Positions 16,816-26,026 of a DNA stretch of 64,000 bases are shown here, in pieces (position 1 is the stretch's first letter; the number at the start of each line of letters is the position of its first letter). The position numbers were made by a program, and so were the translations under genes. Under the pieces are notes generated by a model. That model did no database searches. It saw nothing but the letters and a program-made list of their open reading frames with translations, and was not told where the DNA came from. Origin of the DNA: a virus (lineage: Duplodnaviria; Caudoviricetes); IMG/VR virus record IMGVR_UViG_3300031134_000004, positions 32,001 to 96,000 of that record; one strand, written 5' to 3'.

Positions 16816-17259
16816 TTACGGCAAGTAGACCGTCACGGGAAGTTCGATCCTGTCACCCAACCAATGCTTGATTAAGTTATGGACGTCTTCCCATTCCAAA
16901 CCACCTTCACCACAACCGAAAGCAGGAATCGCCAGCGATGTAATGCCGAGCTTTTCGTAATCTTGGGATAAGCGAACCAATGCAGCGTCCACCCACTCAA
17001 TCTTCGATTTGTATTTCCAGTGCCGCTTTGTGGGAAAGCAAAGCACCTTCTTACCTGGCTCGACATCAACTGCCAAAACACCTTCACGTTTGAAGTGACT
17101 GATGTAACAGGCATCGCGGTACGGGTAGATAAGCTTTGGCCACTTTTCCTTGAAAGCCAACGCCAATCCTTTTCCCATTACACCGACTGTATTCACAGGG
17201 CAAACAAGCGTCTGCGCTGGATCAGTTAAGATGTTGCCTGTTGATTCTGCAATGATCAT
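16816..17259 (-). CDS. Macrodomain protein (DarG/Poa1p-like ADP-ribose glycohydrolase)
   Basis: TGNILTD...LVCPVNTVGVMGKGLALAFK...CFPTK.HW...SLAIPAFGCGEGGLEW are canonical macrodomain motifs. Confidence 0.9.
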   Translation of the reverse strand: MIIAESTGNILTDPAQTLVCPVNTVGVMGKGLALAFKEKWPKLIYPYRDACYISHFKREGVLAVDVEPGKKVLCFPTKRHWKYKSKIEWVDAALVRLSQDYEKLGITSLAIPAFGCGEGGLEWEDVHNLIKHWLGDRIELPVTVYLP

Positions 17260-17663
17260 GGCTTTCCTTTCCCCATTTCATCGAGCACCTCTTGGGCCAT
17301 TTTACCCGTGTCCTTCGCCATCTCGGCAGCAGTTTCAAAGATCATCTGGCAAACGTCTGGAGGAAACTCCATGAATTCTGTCAGACTCACTCCTGTGTGC
17401 TTAAACACTTCCCGCTTACCAAACTCACGAATTCTCTCGCGCAAAAGACTTGTGGTCGTGACATCTTCTTTAGGATGCATACCAACCAGTGCCAATTCCC
17501 GGCCAGCCATGGGGGCGTCGTGGTTATAGATGCCGTAGGTCGTTTCGTACCGATCCCGCATCAACAACGCAACGTCAGGAGAGACAAGGGAAGGTGAGAC
17601 ACGCATCAACTCCCGGATGGGGTTGTTAATGTCTACCTTCTCCCCGAATCCCATTTCACCCAC
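17256..17663 (-). CDS. Conserved phiKZ-like hypothetical protein
   Basis: 135 aa, 4-nt overlap with the macrodomain gene; part of the minus-strand core operon. Confidence 0.65.
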   Translation of the reverse strand: MGEMGFGEKVDINNPIRELMRVSPSLVSPDVALLMRDRYETTYGIYNHDAPMAGRELALVGMHPKEDVTTTSLLRERIREFGKREVFKHTGVSLTEFMEFPPDVCQMIFETAAEMAKDTGKMAQEVLDEMGKGKP

Positions 17664-17680
17664 ATGACTATTAGGGTCGT

Positions 17681-19246
17681 TTAGCGATCCCGGATTTGCG
17701 GGATCTTCTGCACGAGCAGGGTAAAAAAAACCGACAGCGTATCGAGAACCAAGAGGTTCGGGAAACGCGGCAGCGTAGCGGTGTCTTCCTTTTCAGTCGC
17801 TGGAATAGCGACGATGGAAATCACGCTGTCTTCGATGTAACCCTTGATCCCGTCGAAGTACTTCTTGCGGGTGTCCGGATCACTCGAGAGCGCATCGATG
17901 ATCGAGTCGATGGTGTCTTCGTCGACGATGATGTCGTCCGGCTGACCTTCACCGCCCGTGACCTTGATCGATTCAACGAAGTGCGCGTACTGCCGCATGT
18001 TCGTCGCTTTACCTTGGTCCCAGATGTACGAGTCACGCACCTGCTCGTTGGTAGGCTGCTCGAAGGTCTTGTCGACCATGTGGACGATGTTGTTGATCCA
18101 CTTTTGACCGGAGTTCAGGTACTGCGTCATCGTTGGCGAACGCAGCTGGATCGACATGTCCTCGTTGATGACGATCTCGCGACCATGACCACGCGTGAAC
18201 TCTTTGCGATAGCGCTCCAGATCGGTGACGGCGTGATGGTGACCGTGGATCTTGCTCATGTGCGTAATCTGCCAAGCAGTCAAGGCCGAGTTATCGACCC
18301 ACAACAGCTTGTTGATGTTGAGCTTTTCCTTGATGACCTTCTCGCCAGCTTTCGGATCGAGCACAGCGCGGGCGTACGGGAAGCCTTGTGGCCAGCACAC
18401 GCAAGCCAGACCCCAGGCGATCAGCGGGATGTCTTCAGCGCGAATGAGTTCACGCATGTTCGATTCCGCTTCTGGTGTCAGGGTGCTGTCGTAGACGTGC
18501 GACAAAGCAAAGTCCATGATCCAGCCAGCGAAGAAGACGGTCGTGTTAGCAAACGCCATACCGAAGGTCGAACGACCCAGGGTAATCTTCTCTTCGGTCA
18601 GCTTGCGGTTCAGTTCCAGGAGCGACGCTTCCGACGGTGCCTTGAGCGAAATCCAGAAGCCCGAATGCCACAGTGGAATACGGATGACGCTACCCAGACC
18701 GAGCAGACCACGCACACGCAGCACAGCACGTTCGCCAGTCAAGCGTGCATCGCCCGTATCACGGAAGCGCACGTTACCGGCGTTCAGGATGCCTTTTTCA
18801 GCCAGCACACCTTGACGGTACTGGGCGCCGGGACGCAGGGTCGCTTTGTTAAGCAGACCACCGTACGAGACAGCCACGCGCGAAGCGTTCAGGTTGTTCA
18901 CCCATTCCAGGCCGGATTGGGTATCGGTGATGTCGATGTTCGGGCGAGCATCGATGGCTTGTTGAATGGTTTTAGCATCGTCACCAGGCACTGCCAAAAG
19001 CAGTTGCGATGGGTCCCATGGTTTATCCAGCGGGGAAGTAACTTCGAAGTCTTGACGCACGGTCGTCGATTGGGCAGGCGTACGGTCCCAGCCATCGTGT
19101 TCGTCGTCATTGGCGCCAGCAGGCGCATCTTCGATAGGCGCTTTAGCGGCCGGTTCGACGTAATCGCTTTCGTGATCGATTTCCACGAGCACAGGCGTTG
19201 CCACCTGTGCTTCAAGAGGAGCGACCTTTTGGTTATCATTGTCCAT
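17681..19246 (-). CDS. Conserved core protein (phiKZ gp77-like by synteny)
   Basis: IRIPLWHSGFWISLKAPSE and WGLACVCWPQGF motifs; ATG at 19246 is the likely start (track uses a TTG at 19276). Confidence 0.7.
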   Translation of the reverse strand: MDNDNQKVAPLEAQVATPVLVEIDHESDYVEPAAKAPIEDAPAGANDDEHDGWDRTPAQSTTVRQDFEVTSPLDKPWDPSQLLLAVPGDDAKTIQQAIDARPNIDITDTQSGLEWVNNLNASRVAVSYGGLLNKATLRPGAQYRQGVLAEKGILNAGNVRFRDTGDARLTGERAVLRVRGLLGLGSVIRIPLWHSGFWISLKAPSEASLLELNRKLTEEKITLGRSTFGMAFANTTVFFAGWIMDFALSHVYDSTLTPEAESNMRELIRAEDIPLIAWGLACVCWPQGFPYARAVLDPKAGEKVIKEKLNINKLLWVDNSALTAWQITHMSKIHGHHHAVTDLERYRKEFTRGHGREIVINEDMSIQLRSPTMTQYLNSGQKWINNIVHMVDKTFEQPTNEQVRDSYIWDQGKATNMRQYAHFVESIKVTGGEGQPDDIIVDEDTIDSIIDALSSDPDTRKKYFDGIKGYIEDSVISIVAIPATEKEDTATLPRFPNLLVLDTLSVFFTLLVQKIPQIRDR

Positions 19247-19265
19247 GGGGGCTCGTGTTGTTGTG

Positions 19266-19847
19266 TTACGCGGCAACTGCTTCGTCGACTTCTTTGAACG
19301 CGACGTCGGTGATGACGTCTGGGTTCGTAGCCGATTCGGCGGCCAGTGCTTCGCGCTTTTTGGTCATCAGCTTGTTTTCTGCCAGCTGGATCTGTTCCAG
19401 GATGTGGTACGCGGTTGGCAGGATGCACGAATCGTGACGCTCGCGGAACAGGTTGTACTGTTCGAAGATCGCGTAGGTCTGCATCAGCAGGTCAGGGTCC
19501 GACACGCCGCCGGTCTTGCCAGCGTGTTGCGTGTAGATCTCTTTCAGCTCGCTGGTCAGTTGACGCAGGTCAGCGGCCAGGGAACGGATCTTCAGAACCA
19601 GCGAGGACGTGTCTTCGACGCACGCCAGCAGTTCTTTGTCGTTCAGTTCGCGGCCCAGGCTGATGTGCTTGAGCAGCAGAGCGTTGCAGTCGCCGTAGAT
19701 ACCGTTCAGGTCGTCCCAGCAGGTGTTGTTGCCGCTGGCGATTTCAGCGCGCATGTCTGCTTCACGTTGCTTAGCAGCTTGTGCTGCCAGCTTCTGGTTC
19801 TTCTCCGCGAGATCGCGTGCTTGACGGCCGGTGCTTTTCTTGGTCAT
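19266..19847 (-). CDS. Conserved coiled-coil-rich core protein
   Basis: GGAG RBS before the ATG at 19847 (MTKKSTGR); strongly biased codons. Confidence 0.72.
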   Translation of the reverse strand: MTKKSTGRQARDLAEKNQKLAAQAAKQREADMRAEIASGNNTCWDDLNGIYGDCNALLLKHISLGRELNDKELLACVEDTSSLVLKIRSLAADLRQLTSELKEIYTQHAGKTGGVSDPDLLMQTYAIFEQYNLFRERHDSCILPTAYHILEQIQLAENKLMTKKREALAAESATNPDVITDVAFKEVDEAVAA

Positions 19848-20052
19848 GGTAATACTCCGTGTATAAACAGTGAAATTGTAAAATTGAGTTTTGATAGCCA
19901 AATGATTTGACCATCCTAAAAGCAGAACGCCTCGTTTCATAATAAAACGCTGCGCAGTATTCTTTACGCTACCACGGCAGTCTAGTTGCGTGGTTCTCGC
20001 TAAACGATTGATGCTTTCGATTTAATTTTACTTACTTACAGGAATCATTTTC

Positions 20053-20883
20053 ATGTTGACGATTTTGAGCGACTACTTAAAAGAAGCAGCCACGCCTGAA
20101 TTGCGTGAAGCGCTTGAAGGTGCGCATGATGCGTTTGACCGGATTAACCTCGAGAATTACACGCTCGAGTTTGAAAAGCACTTGATGCAAGACGGTTCGG
20201 TTGACCGTGGCAATACCTTGGTGTTCGTCACAGAACTGACGCGCTTAATGCTCACGGACTTGCTGCGTCAACACGAAATCATCCCAGCGCACGACGCCAG
20301 CATCGAAACCTTGACGCTCTTCCTGAACGGCATTCTCGACATTCAAGAGTACGAGAACTACGCCGACATCATCAACATCGTGGCCATGGAAAGTAACGCA
20401 CAAGAAACTTTCGCTGAACTCATGACGCTTGTCTCGCCTCGCTCTGTGGAAGACTTGCTTGTGGATCTGGAAGAAGTACACTTTGCCGTCATCACCCGCA
20501 TTCGTGACATGGCAATCCAGATGGACATTCCACCACCGTCAGTGCAAGAGCAAGAACAAGAGCGCGCCTACATTGAAAAGCTCAATCGCTTCCTGGGTTA
20601 CATCCAGCAAAAGCCATTGCAGATCGTGGCGATGCTCAAGAACGGCCTGGACGTGGGCTTCCCATTCTTGACCTACGTGGGTTTGATCGGGGCTGAAATC
20701 GAACAGTGGCCGGTGGACAAGATTGCCAACGAACTCATGGCGATGGCGCTCGTGTCAAATGACGGGACGAACAATCCCTTGAGCATCATCAAAGAACATT
20801 TGGAGAACTACATCTCCGACATGAACAAACTCACCAAGGTTGACATTAAACTCGGTGAGATTTCCTTAGGACTGCAGCGATGA
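20053..20883 (+). CDS. Conserved protein (phiKZ gp79-like by synteny)
   Basis: 276 aa, CAGGA RBS, ATGA overlap with the vRNAP subunit gene. Confidence 0.65.
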   Translation: MLTILSDYLKEAATPELREALEGAHDAFDRINLENYTLEFEKHLMQDGSVDRGNTLVFVTELTRLMLTDLLRQHEIIPAHDASIETLTLFLNGILDIQEYENYADIINIVAMESNAQETFAELMTLVSPRSVEDLLVDLEEVHFAVITRIRDMAIQMDIPPPSVQEQEQERAYIEKLNRFLGYIQQKPLQIVAMLKNGLDVGFPFLTYVGLIGAEIEQWPVDKIANELMAMALVSNDGTNNPLSIIKEHLENYISDMNKLTKVDIKLGEISLGLQR

Positions 20884-22190
20884 ACAAGAAAGACTTTTTC
20901 CTAGCCGCGATGCATGCAGAAGAATTCCTACGCCGTGCGTGGGTCTTTTCTGCCTTTGCGCTTATTAATGAAGACGCGGACAAGTGGAAGGAAAACCCTT
21001 ACCCTTACCGGATTGTGCAAACGCCGTCTGGTCACTTTTTCGTTGACCCCAACAACGGCAACCAGCTCTCGCCCATTGAAGGCACCAAAGCGGGCGAACC
21101 ACCATTTGCTCCCAAGGAACGCCAGCAACTCAAAGCGAATGACTTGCCAAACCTTAAAGTCGATGTTGACACCACGTACGGTCGCATCCTCTTTAACTGT
21201 GTGGTGATTGTCTGGGCACTCAATAACAAGATCGACTATCTGAACGAACGCGTTAATCCTCGCGCTTTGGAAGACATGATCCTGCCGCGCTTGACTGACA
21301 CCCCAGCTGAAGGCGAACCACGCGAAGACCAACCGATTTACGTCGATGAGTATCTGGATTTTTGCGATGCAATGTTTTTCATGGCAGGCTTCACGCAGAT
21401 CTGCGCGCCGGCCGGATCACGGAAAGCCATGGTCCAAGCCCCAGGCATGCGGGAGCTGCGGGCGAAACTCATTGCTGAAAACAAAGACCGCCTGCATGAC
21501 CCGGCAGTCGTGGCGAAGATCGATGCTGAATTGGTGGCGTTCGATAAAGCGTACCTTAAAGGCGACCCAGCAGAAGGGTTCCTCATGGGTAAGAGTAAGA
21601 GTTACAACATCGTGCGTAAGAAGCTCTTTGGCATGCATGGTGCTGAAGTCGGTCTGTCTGAAGGCGTGGACGTGGACCTGATTCAAAACTCCCTGTCTGA
21701 AGGTTGGGACATCACCAAATTCCCAGCGATGAACAACTCGCTGCGTGCTGGTTCCTTTAACCGTGGTCACCAGACGATGATGGGTGGTGAGGAAGTCAAG
21801 TGGATGCTGCGCGCTTCGTCGAACATGGCAGTTACCGCGGATGACTGTGGCACCAAGCTTGGTCTTCCCATGCACGTTGACAACACCAATTACAAAAAGC
21901 TCGTGGGCTTTAGTGTCGTATCTGAGAAAGGCAGCATCAAAGTCAATACTGACGATGAAGCCAAATCCTATCTCGGCAAACACATCATGCGGCGCAGCCC
22001 GATGTTGTGTAAGTTACCCAAGACTGACTTTTGTAAAGTCTGTGTGGGCGATCGTCTGGCAGAAAACCCAACCTCTCTGTCGTCGGCTGTGTCAGCTTAC
22101 GGTAGTGCCTTCATGGACATTTACATGCAGGCAGGTCACGGTAAAGCTCTGACGGTTGCACACTTGGATTACAAGAGCGCGATCCGGTAA
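20880..22190 (+). CDS. rpoC: Virion RNA polymerase beta-prime C-terminal subunit (phiKZ gp80-like)
   Basis: RAGSFNRG, DCGT, RRSPMLCKLPKTDFCKVCVG Zn site. Confidence 0.88.
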   Translation: MNKKDFFLAAMHAEEFLRRAWVFSAFALINEDADKWKENPYPYRIVQTPSGHFFVDPNNGNQLSPIEGTKAGEPPFAPKERQQLKANDLPNLKVDVDTTYGRILFNCVVIVWALNNKIDYLNERVNPRALEDMILPRLTDTPAEGEPREDQPIYVDEYLDFCDAMFFMAGFTQICAPAGSRKAMVQAPGMRELRAKLIAENKDRLHDPAVVAKIDAELVAFDKAYLKGDPAEGFLMGKSKSYNIVRKKLFGMHGAEVGLSEGVDVDLIQNSLSEGWDITKFPAMNNSLRAGSFNRGHQTMMGGEEVKWMLRASSNMAVTADDCGTKLGLPMHVDNTNYKKLVGFSVVSEKGSIKVNTDDEAKSYLGKHIMRRSPMLCKLPKTDFCKVCVGDRLAENPTSLSSAVSAYGSAFMDIYMQAGHGKALTVAHLDYKSAIR

Positions 22191-22270
22191 GAATTTGCTG
22201 CGTTTCACCATTCTTTGACTACGAGGTTTGTAGAAGAGGAACTGTTTCATTTATCCCATAGGAGAGCCAC

Positions 22271-23032
22271 ATGGCTGAGCAACAAAACGATCAAACCCAA
22301 ACGAATCAAACCACCCAAGCTACCACCGGCGCCGAGCAAGTCACGCAGCAACCAGCTGCTTCGACCGAAACCGCACCTGCAACCCCAGCACCAACCGCAC
22401 CAACTGCAACGACCACCCCTGTCGCGCCAGCTCCGAAGCCGGCCGTCACCACCGTGACCAAGGTCACGCAGCAGCAGCCTGCCAAGCAAACCCTGGCCGA
22501 CGCCATCAAGAGCGGCGCCCCAGTTGTGACCAACACCAAAGCACCTGCTACCACCGTTACCCCGACCGAAACCGCCACGCAAGAACTGATCGCCAAAGCG
22601 CAAGCTGAAGCCTCGAGCGCCGGCCGCGTGATCCTGCAAAACGTGCTGGACTACATGCAAGCCATGGACCCGAAGAAGCCAGTGAACGCTGACATCGGCT
22701 CGCGTTACCAAGTATCGCTGTACCGCGCCATCACCCGCACCATCAACAACCTGGGCGACGACTTCGACCTGGTCTTCACCGCCATCCTGCGCCTGTTCGC
22801 CGACAACGGCAGCGACGTGTTCGCCGAACGTTTCGTGTTCCGCTTCATGGACAGCGTGAACCTGAGCAGCGACGAGATCAAAGGCTACCAGCGTCTGCTG
22901 AACCTGCTGATCAACACCGCTGATCCGAAAGGCCGCGCTTCGGGCCTGAAGATGACGGACTTCAACAAGACGCTCGAATTCGGTCTGACCGAAGAAGGCC
23001 GTGCTCGTGTCCTGACGTACTTCAACAAGTAA
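22271..23032 (+). CDS. Probable virion protein with Thr/Ala/Pro-rich N-terminus
   Basis: AGGAG RBS; highly biased codons like the structural genes; helical C-terminal domain. Confidence 0.65.
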   Translation: MAEQQNDQTQTNQTTQATTGAEQVTQQPAASTETAPATPAPTAPTATTTPVAPAPKPAVTTVTKVTQQQPAKQTLADAIKSGAPVVTNTKAPATTVTPTETATQELIAKAQAEASSAGRVILQNVLDYMQAMDPKKPVNADIGSRYQVSLYRAITRTINNLGDDFDLVFTAILRLFADNGSDVFAERFVFRFMDSVNLSSDEIKGYQRLLNLLINTADPKGRASGLKMTDFNKTLEFGLTEEGRARVLTYFNK

Positions 23033-23044
23033 TCCTTGTTGTCA

Positions 23045-23081
23045 AGCCAGAGGGGAGAAATCCCTTCTGGTTTTATGCCGC
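23045..23081 (+). terminator. Hairpin followed by TTATGCCGC
   Basis: gccagagggg-agaaa-tcccttctgg-ttttatgccgc. Confidence 0.7.
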
Positions 23082-23113
23082 CTTGAAAAAAAACGATCCT
23101 AATTTATCTCAGA

Positions 23114-23133
23114 CGTATATTCTACAAGTGAGA
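23114..23133 (+). promoter_or_regulatory. Putative early promoter
   Basis: cgtatattctacaagtgaga; same TATATT...AAGTGAGA frame as 13137 and 51919. Confidence 0.6.
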
Positions 23134-23179
23134 TACATTCGTTATCAAGACACCCATTTCACTTTTAAAGGAAAAAATC

Positions 23180-23548
23180 ATGACCATGTCCCTCGTCCAG
23201 ACTATCTTAGCTGCTGCGAAGAACAACCACTCAATTCTTAATTGGGATGGCCAGTCGTGCAAAGACGATATTCTGGAAAACATCCGGCATTATGTTTCGC
23301 GCTTTACTGGCTACAAGAAGTTGGCCGTAACGTTTGAAAACGGGAAACTGGAGATCCATGCGGAGACGACTTACACCCCGCATCAAGTGTGGGACTCCAT
23401 GCTTCCTGCACCAGAACCGCTGGTGGACTACGTGCACCTGCTTTCTTACAACGTCGTAAGTGGTCGCGAGACGTATGGTCGCCTTCATCACGTCGGCTTT
23501 TATTATCCGCACCTTGCTGAACTTGAAGTATTGGGAACAGCGCAGTAA
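23180..23548 (+). CDS. Hypothetical protein, 122 aa
   Basis: AAAGGA RBS. Confidence 0.7.
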   Translation: MTMSLVQTILAAAKNNHSILNWDGQSCKDDILENIRHYVSRFTGYKKLAVTFENGKLEIHAETTYTPHQVWDSMLPAPEPLVDYVHLLSYNVVSGRETYGRLHHVGFYYPHLAELEVLGTAQ

Positions 23549-23589
23549 TACCTTCCTTTTTGTCTACCTATCTACCTGAGGATTCCACC

Positions 23590-24117
23590 ATGGCCCAAGC
23601 CAAACCTGCCTTTGATTATCAAGCATTTCAACAGGCCCTCGCACAATTTACCGAAGACCTTCTCGAACACACTTGGTCGTTCCAGACGTCCAGTTACTTC
23701 CAACTGATGGAAGCGCAAAGCGCAGAGAGCGAACTCTTTAAGCGCGCCCTGCTTCTGGGTATCCAAGGCGTCGATGCGTTTAACTATCGCCGCATTGAAA
23801 CCTTGAAAGAAATTCGTGATGCCGAATACGAACGTGGTCGCAAAGCGCAAGAAGAGCGGATGCAGTCCAGCGTCGATTACTACAAGAACAAGCTCGAAGA
23901 AACGCGCACCATGTACATGAAGCCGATTGACTTCTATAACGAGAAGCTCGAAAAGCATGATTGGTACTACGATTTCAGTGACGACATCACGGTGTATCGC
24001 CGTGGTAAGAAAGTGCGAGAAGAACTGGAAAAAGAAGCCCAAGAAGGTGGTCCAGAATTCGCTGCTGCACTTGCTGCTGCAAAACAACGTCTTTACGACA
24101 ACATCCGCAAGCAATAA
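23590..24117 (+). CDS. Hypothetical helical protein with HDWYYDFSDD motif
   Basis: GAGGA RBS before the ATG at 23590. Confidence 0.72.
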   Translation: MAQAKPAFDYQAFQQALAQFTEDLLEHTWSFQTSSYFQLMEAQSAESELFKRALLLGIQGVDAFNYRRIETLKEIRDAEYERGRKAQEERMQSSVDYYKNKLEETRTMYMKPIDFYNEKLEKHDWYYDFSDDITVYRRGKKVREELEKEAQEGGPEFAAALAAAKQRLYDNIRKQ

Positions 24118-24179
24118 TTTAATCAGATGGCCGGGAAAGACCCGGCCTTTACTACTTACAAGTGTAAAAGGAAACTACC

Positions 24180-24707
24180 ATGAAGAACAATCTTCTGGGC
24201 GGCAATATCTTCATCCAACCATCCAAGAGCACAATCGAGCGTTTGAAGATGATCAAGGCAGTATTTGACACCATCATGCTCGGTCCTATTGCAAGGCGTC
24301 CTCTGACCATAGAAGTCGGTGTGTCAGCTTCGACGATCACGAAGATCATGAAGCTCTTTTACGAAGCTGGCATTGCAAACCAAGCGCCCGTAACTGGTTT
24401 TGCCCAACCCGTGTCGTATTCGTTTATTCCTGACCATGAGTTGCTGGTGGAATTTAATACGCAGCTTACCAACCACATTCTTTATTCCGAACAGTGTGTC
24501 GCTGGTGTTGTTGAGTGGCAGCCACCTACCGGGGAAGCACCGGTGCCAAGGAAAGAAAAGTTCGGCAGGACCAATCTCTTTACCGTATTTGAGTACGCAC
24601 CAGGACGTCGTATCTATTCGTCCGATGCACACTCAGCGCACTCGATGCGTCAACTCAGTAAAGAGCAAATGCAAATCGATCCCCTGCGCAAAGCAGGTCT
24701 TCTGTAA
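24180..24707 (+). CDS. Hypothetical protein with possible winged-HTH N-terminus
   Basis: IARRPLTIEVGVSASTITKIMKLFYEAGI resembles an HTH/wHTH; AAAAGGA RBS. Confidence 0.6.
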   Translation: MKNNLLGGNIFIQPSKSTIERLKMIKAVFDTIMLGPIARRPLTIEVGVSASTITKIMKLFYEAGIANQAPVTGFAQPVSYSFIPDHELLVEFNTQLTNHILYSEQCVAGVVEWQPPTGEAPVPRKEKFGRTNLFTVFEYAPGRRIYSSDAHSAHSMRQLSKEQMQIDPLRKAGLL

Positions 24708-24751
24708 CATCAAGTGCCGGGGTAAGTCCCGGCTATAACTGGAGAAACAAA

Positions 24752-25540
24752 ATGAGCGAACGCAAAATCAACAAAGCCATTGAGCTGCTTAAAGAAAACA
24801 ACTTCATCGTCGTGCCGCGTCCTGAAGACCATTACGATGAATTCAAATACAAGGAAATCTTCGACACTCCACTCAAGGACTTCTTGCAGCCACATCTGCC
24901 AAAAGCGACCGCCACGCGGATTTACAATTCGCTCAATTATCCAACTGACCCAGACACTCGTTATGTCGGTCAGCTCGTTGCGCGTCCGGATTTCATGGTG
25001 CAGGCTTATCCTAACCTGGGTAAGAAGTCGTTTGAAGACCTGCAGCGGGTTCTTTACAAGCACGTACTTACCTTCAGCATGAACACGCAAGGTTGGATGC
25101 CACCGACGCCACGACCGGCGAAAGAGAAGTCCAATGTACAAGACTATGTCGCCCCAGAAAGCTATCGTCGTGGTTTTATCGAGCGCTACCAACCTGGTGC
25201 CCGCTTTCCTATCGGCGCTACTGCCAGCCTGTTGTTAAACCAGATCGAAAAATGGCCCATCATGAATGACCGTGATGTTCATGCCATGGTGGTCATGAAA
25301 AACGAACGTGGACATTTCCAGACAGTTCATGCCATTAGTCTGGGTGAAGACAGGCGTTACTATTCGCGCGGTTTGGCGGTTGCTGAATTCCGTTACCTCA
25401 TGGAAGAGTGGAAAGATAAAAATGGCGAAGTACGTGCCGGCTTGGGACGCAATGAGTTTCGTATCAAGGAACTTACCTCCGTTAAACCCCTTGTCATGGA
25501 AGGTGGCTGGGAAGCAAATGAGCTGGCTCTCTTGACTTAA
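24752..25540 (+). CDS. Protein containing an RNA polymerase alpha-CTD-like domain
   Basis: TRIYNSL...YVGQLVAR...YPNLGKKSFEDLQRVL...TFSM..QGWMPP parallels the bacterial RpoA CTD (RSANCL..YIGDLVQR..TPNLGKKSLTEIKDVL..LSLGM..WPP). Confidence 0.8.
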   Translation: MSERKINKAIELLKENNFIVVPRPEDHYDEFKYKEIFDTPLKDFLQPHLPKATATRIYNSLNYPTDPDTRYVGQLVARPDFMVQAYPNLGKKSFEDLQRVLYKHVLTFSMNTQGWMPPTPRPAKEKSNVQDYVAPESYRRGFIERYQPGARFPIGATASLLLNQIEKWPIMNDRDVHAMVVMKNERGHFQTVHAISLGEDRRYYSRGLAVAEFRYLMEEWKDKNGEVRAGLGRNEFRIKELTSVKPLVMEGGWEANELALLT

Positions 25541-25551
25541 CTAAAGAAATA

Positions 25552-25968
25552 ATGATGAAGAAAAATACCTACGAAAAGATTGGTGGTGGCATTCAGCCAA
25601 TCCCGCGCAAGCAACTCGTGCCCGTGCGTTTCCCGATGGGCGCAACAGCCGAAGCGTTGTGGAAAGTGTTGCACGACTGGCCTGAACTGGATCGTGATGA
25701 CGACTTGCAAATGGTGTGCATTGATAAGGGTGGCTTGTCCAGCACCGTCAAGTGCATTTACTTCGGTGATGAGCGTCACACGTACACTGGCGGCCTGTCG
25801 ATCCGGGCCATCAAGATCTTGCTTGCTACCCGTCGTCGTATGAAGGGTGAAGTCAAGGTCGATACGGTCGATGGTGAAGTGGTCAGTATCCGGAACTTCT
25901 GGCCACTTGACCGGCGTGAACTCGATGATGGCAGCCAAACGGCTGAAATCATTATCAACGCTGACTAA
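25552..25968 (+). CDS. Hypothetical protein, 138 aa
   Basis: ORF track; ends at a convergent terminator. Confidence 0.7.
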   Translation: MMKKNTYEKIGGGIQPIPRKQLVPVRFPMGATAEALWKVLHDWPELDRDDDLQMVCIDKGGLSSTVKCIYFGDERHTYTGGLSIRAIKILLATRRRMKGEVKVDTVDGEVVSIRNFWPLDRRELDDGSQTAEIIINAD

Positions 25969-26020
25969 GCGGCATAAGGCTGGGGAGAAATCCCCAGCCT
26001 CGTATGACCTCTTTTTTTTT
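25969..26020. terminator. Bidirectional hairpin between convergent genes
   Basis: gcggcataa-ggctgggga-gaaa-tccccagcc-tcgtatgacc-tctttttttt; near copy of 16761-16810. Confidence 0.8.
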
Positions 26021-26026
26021 GCCTGT

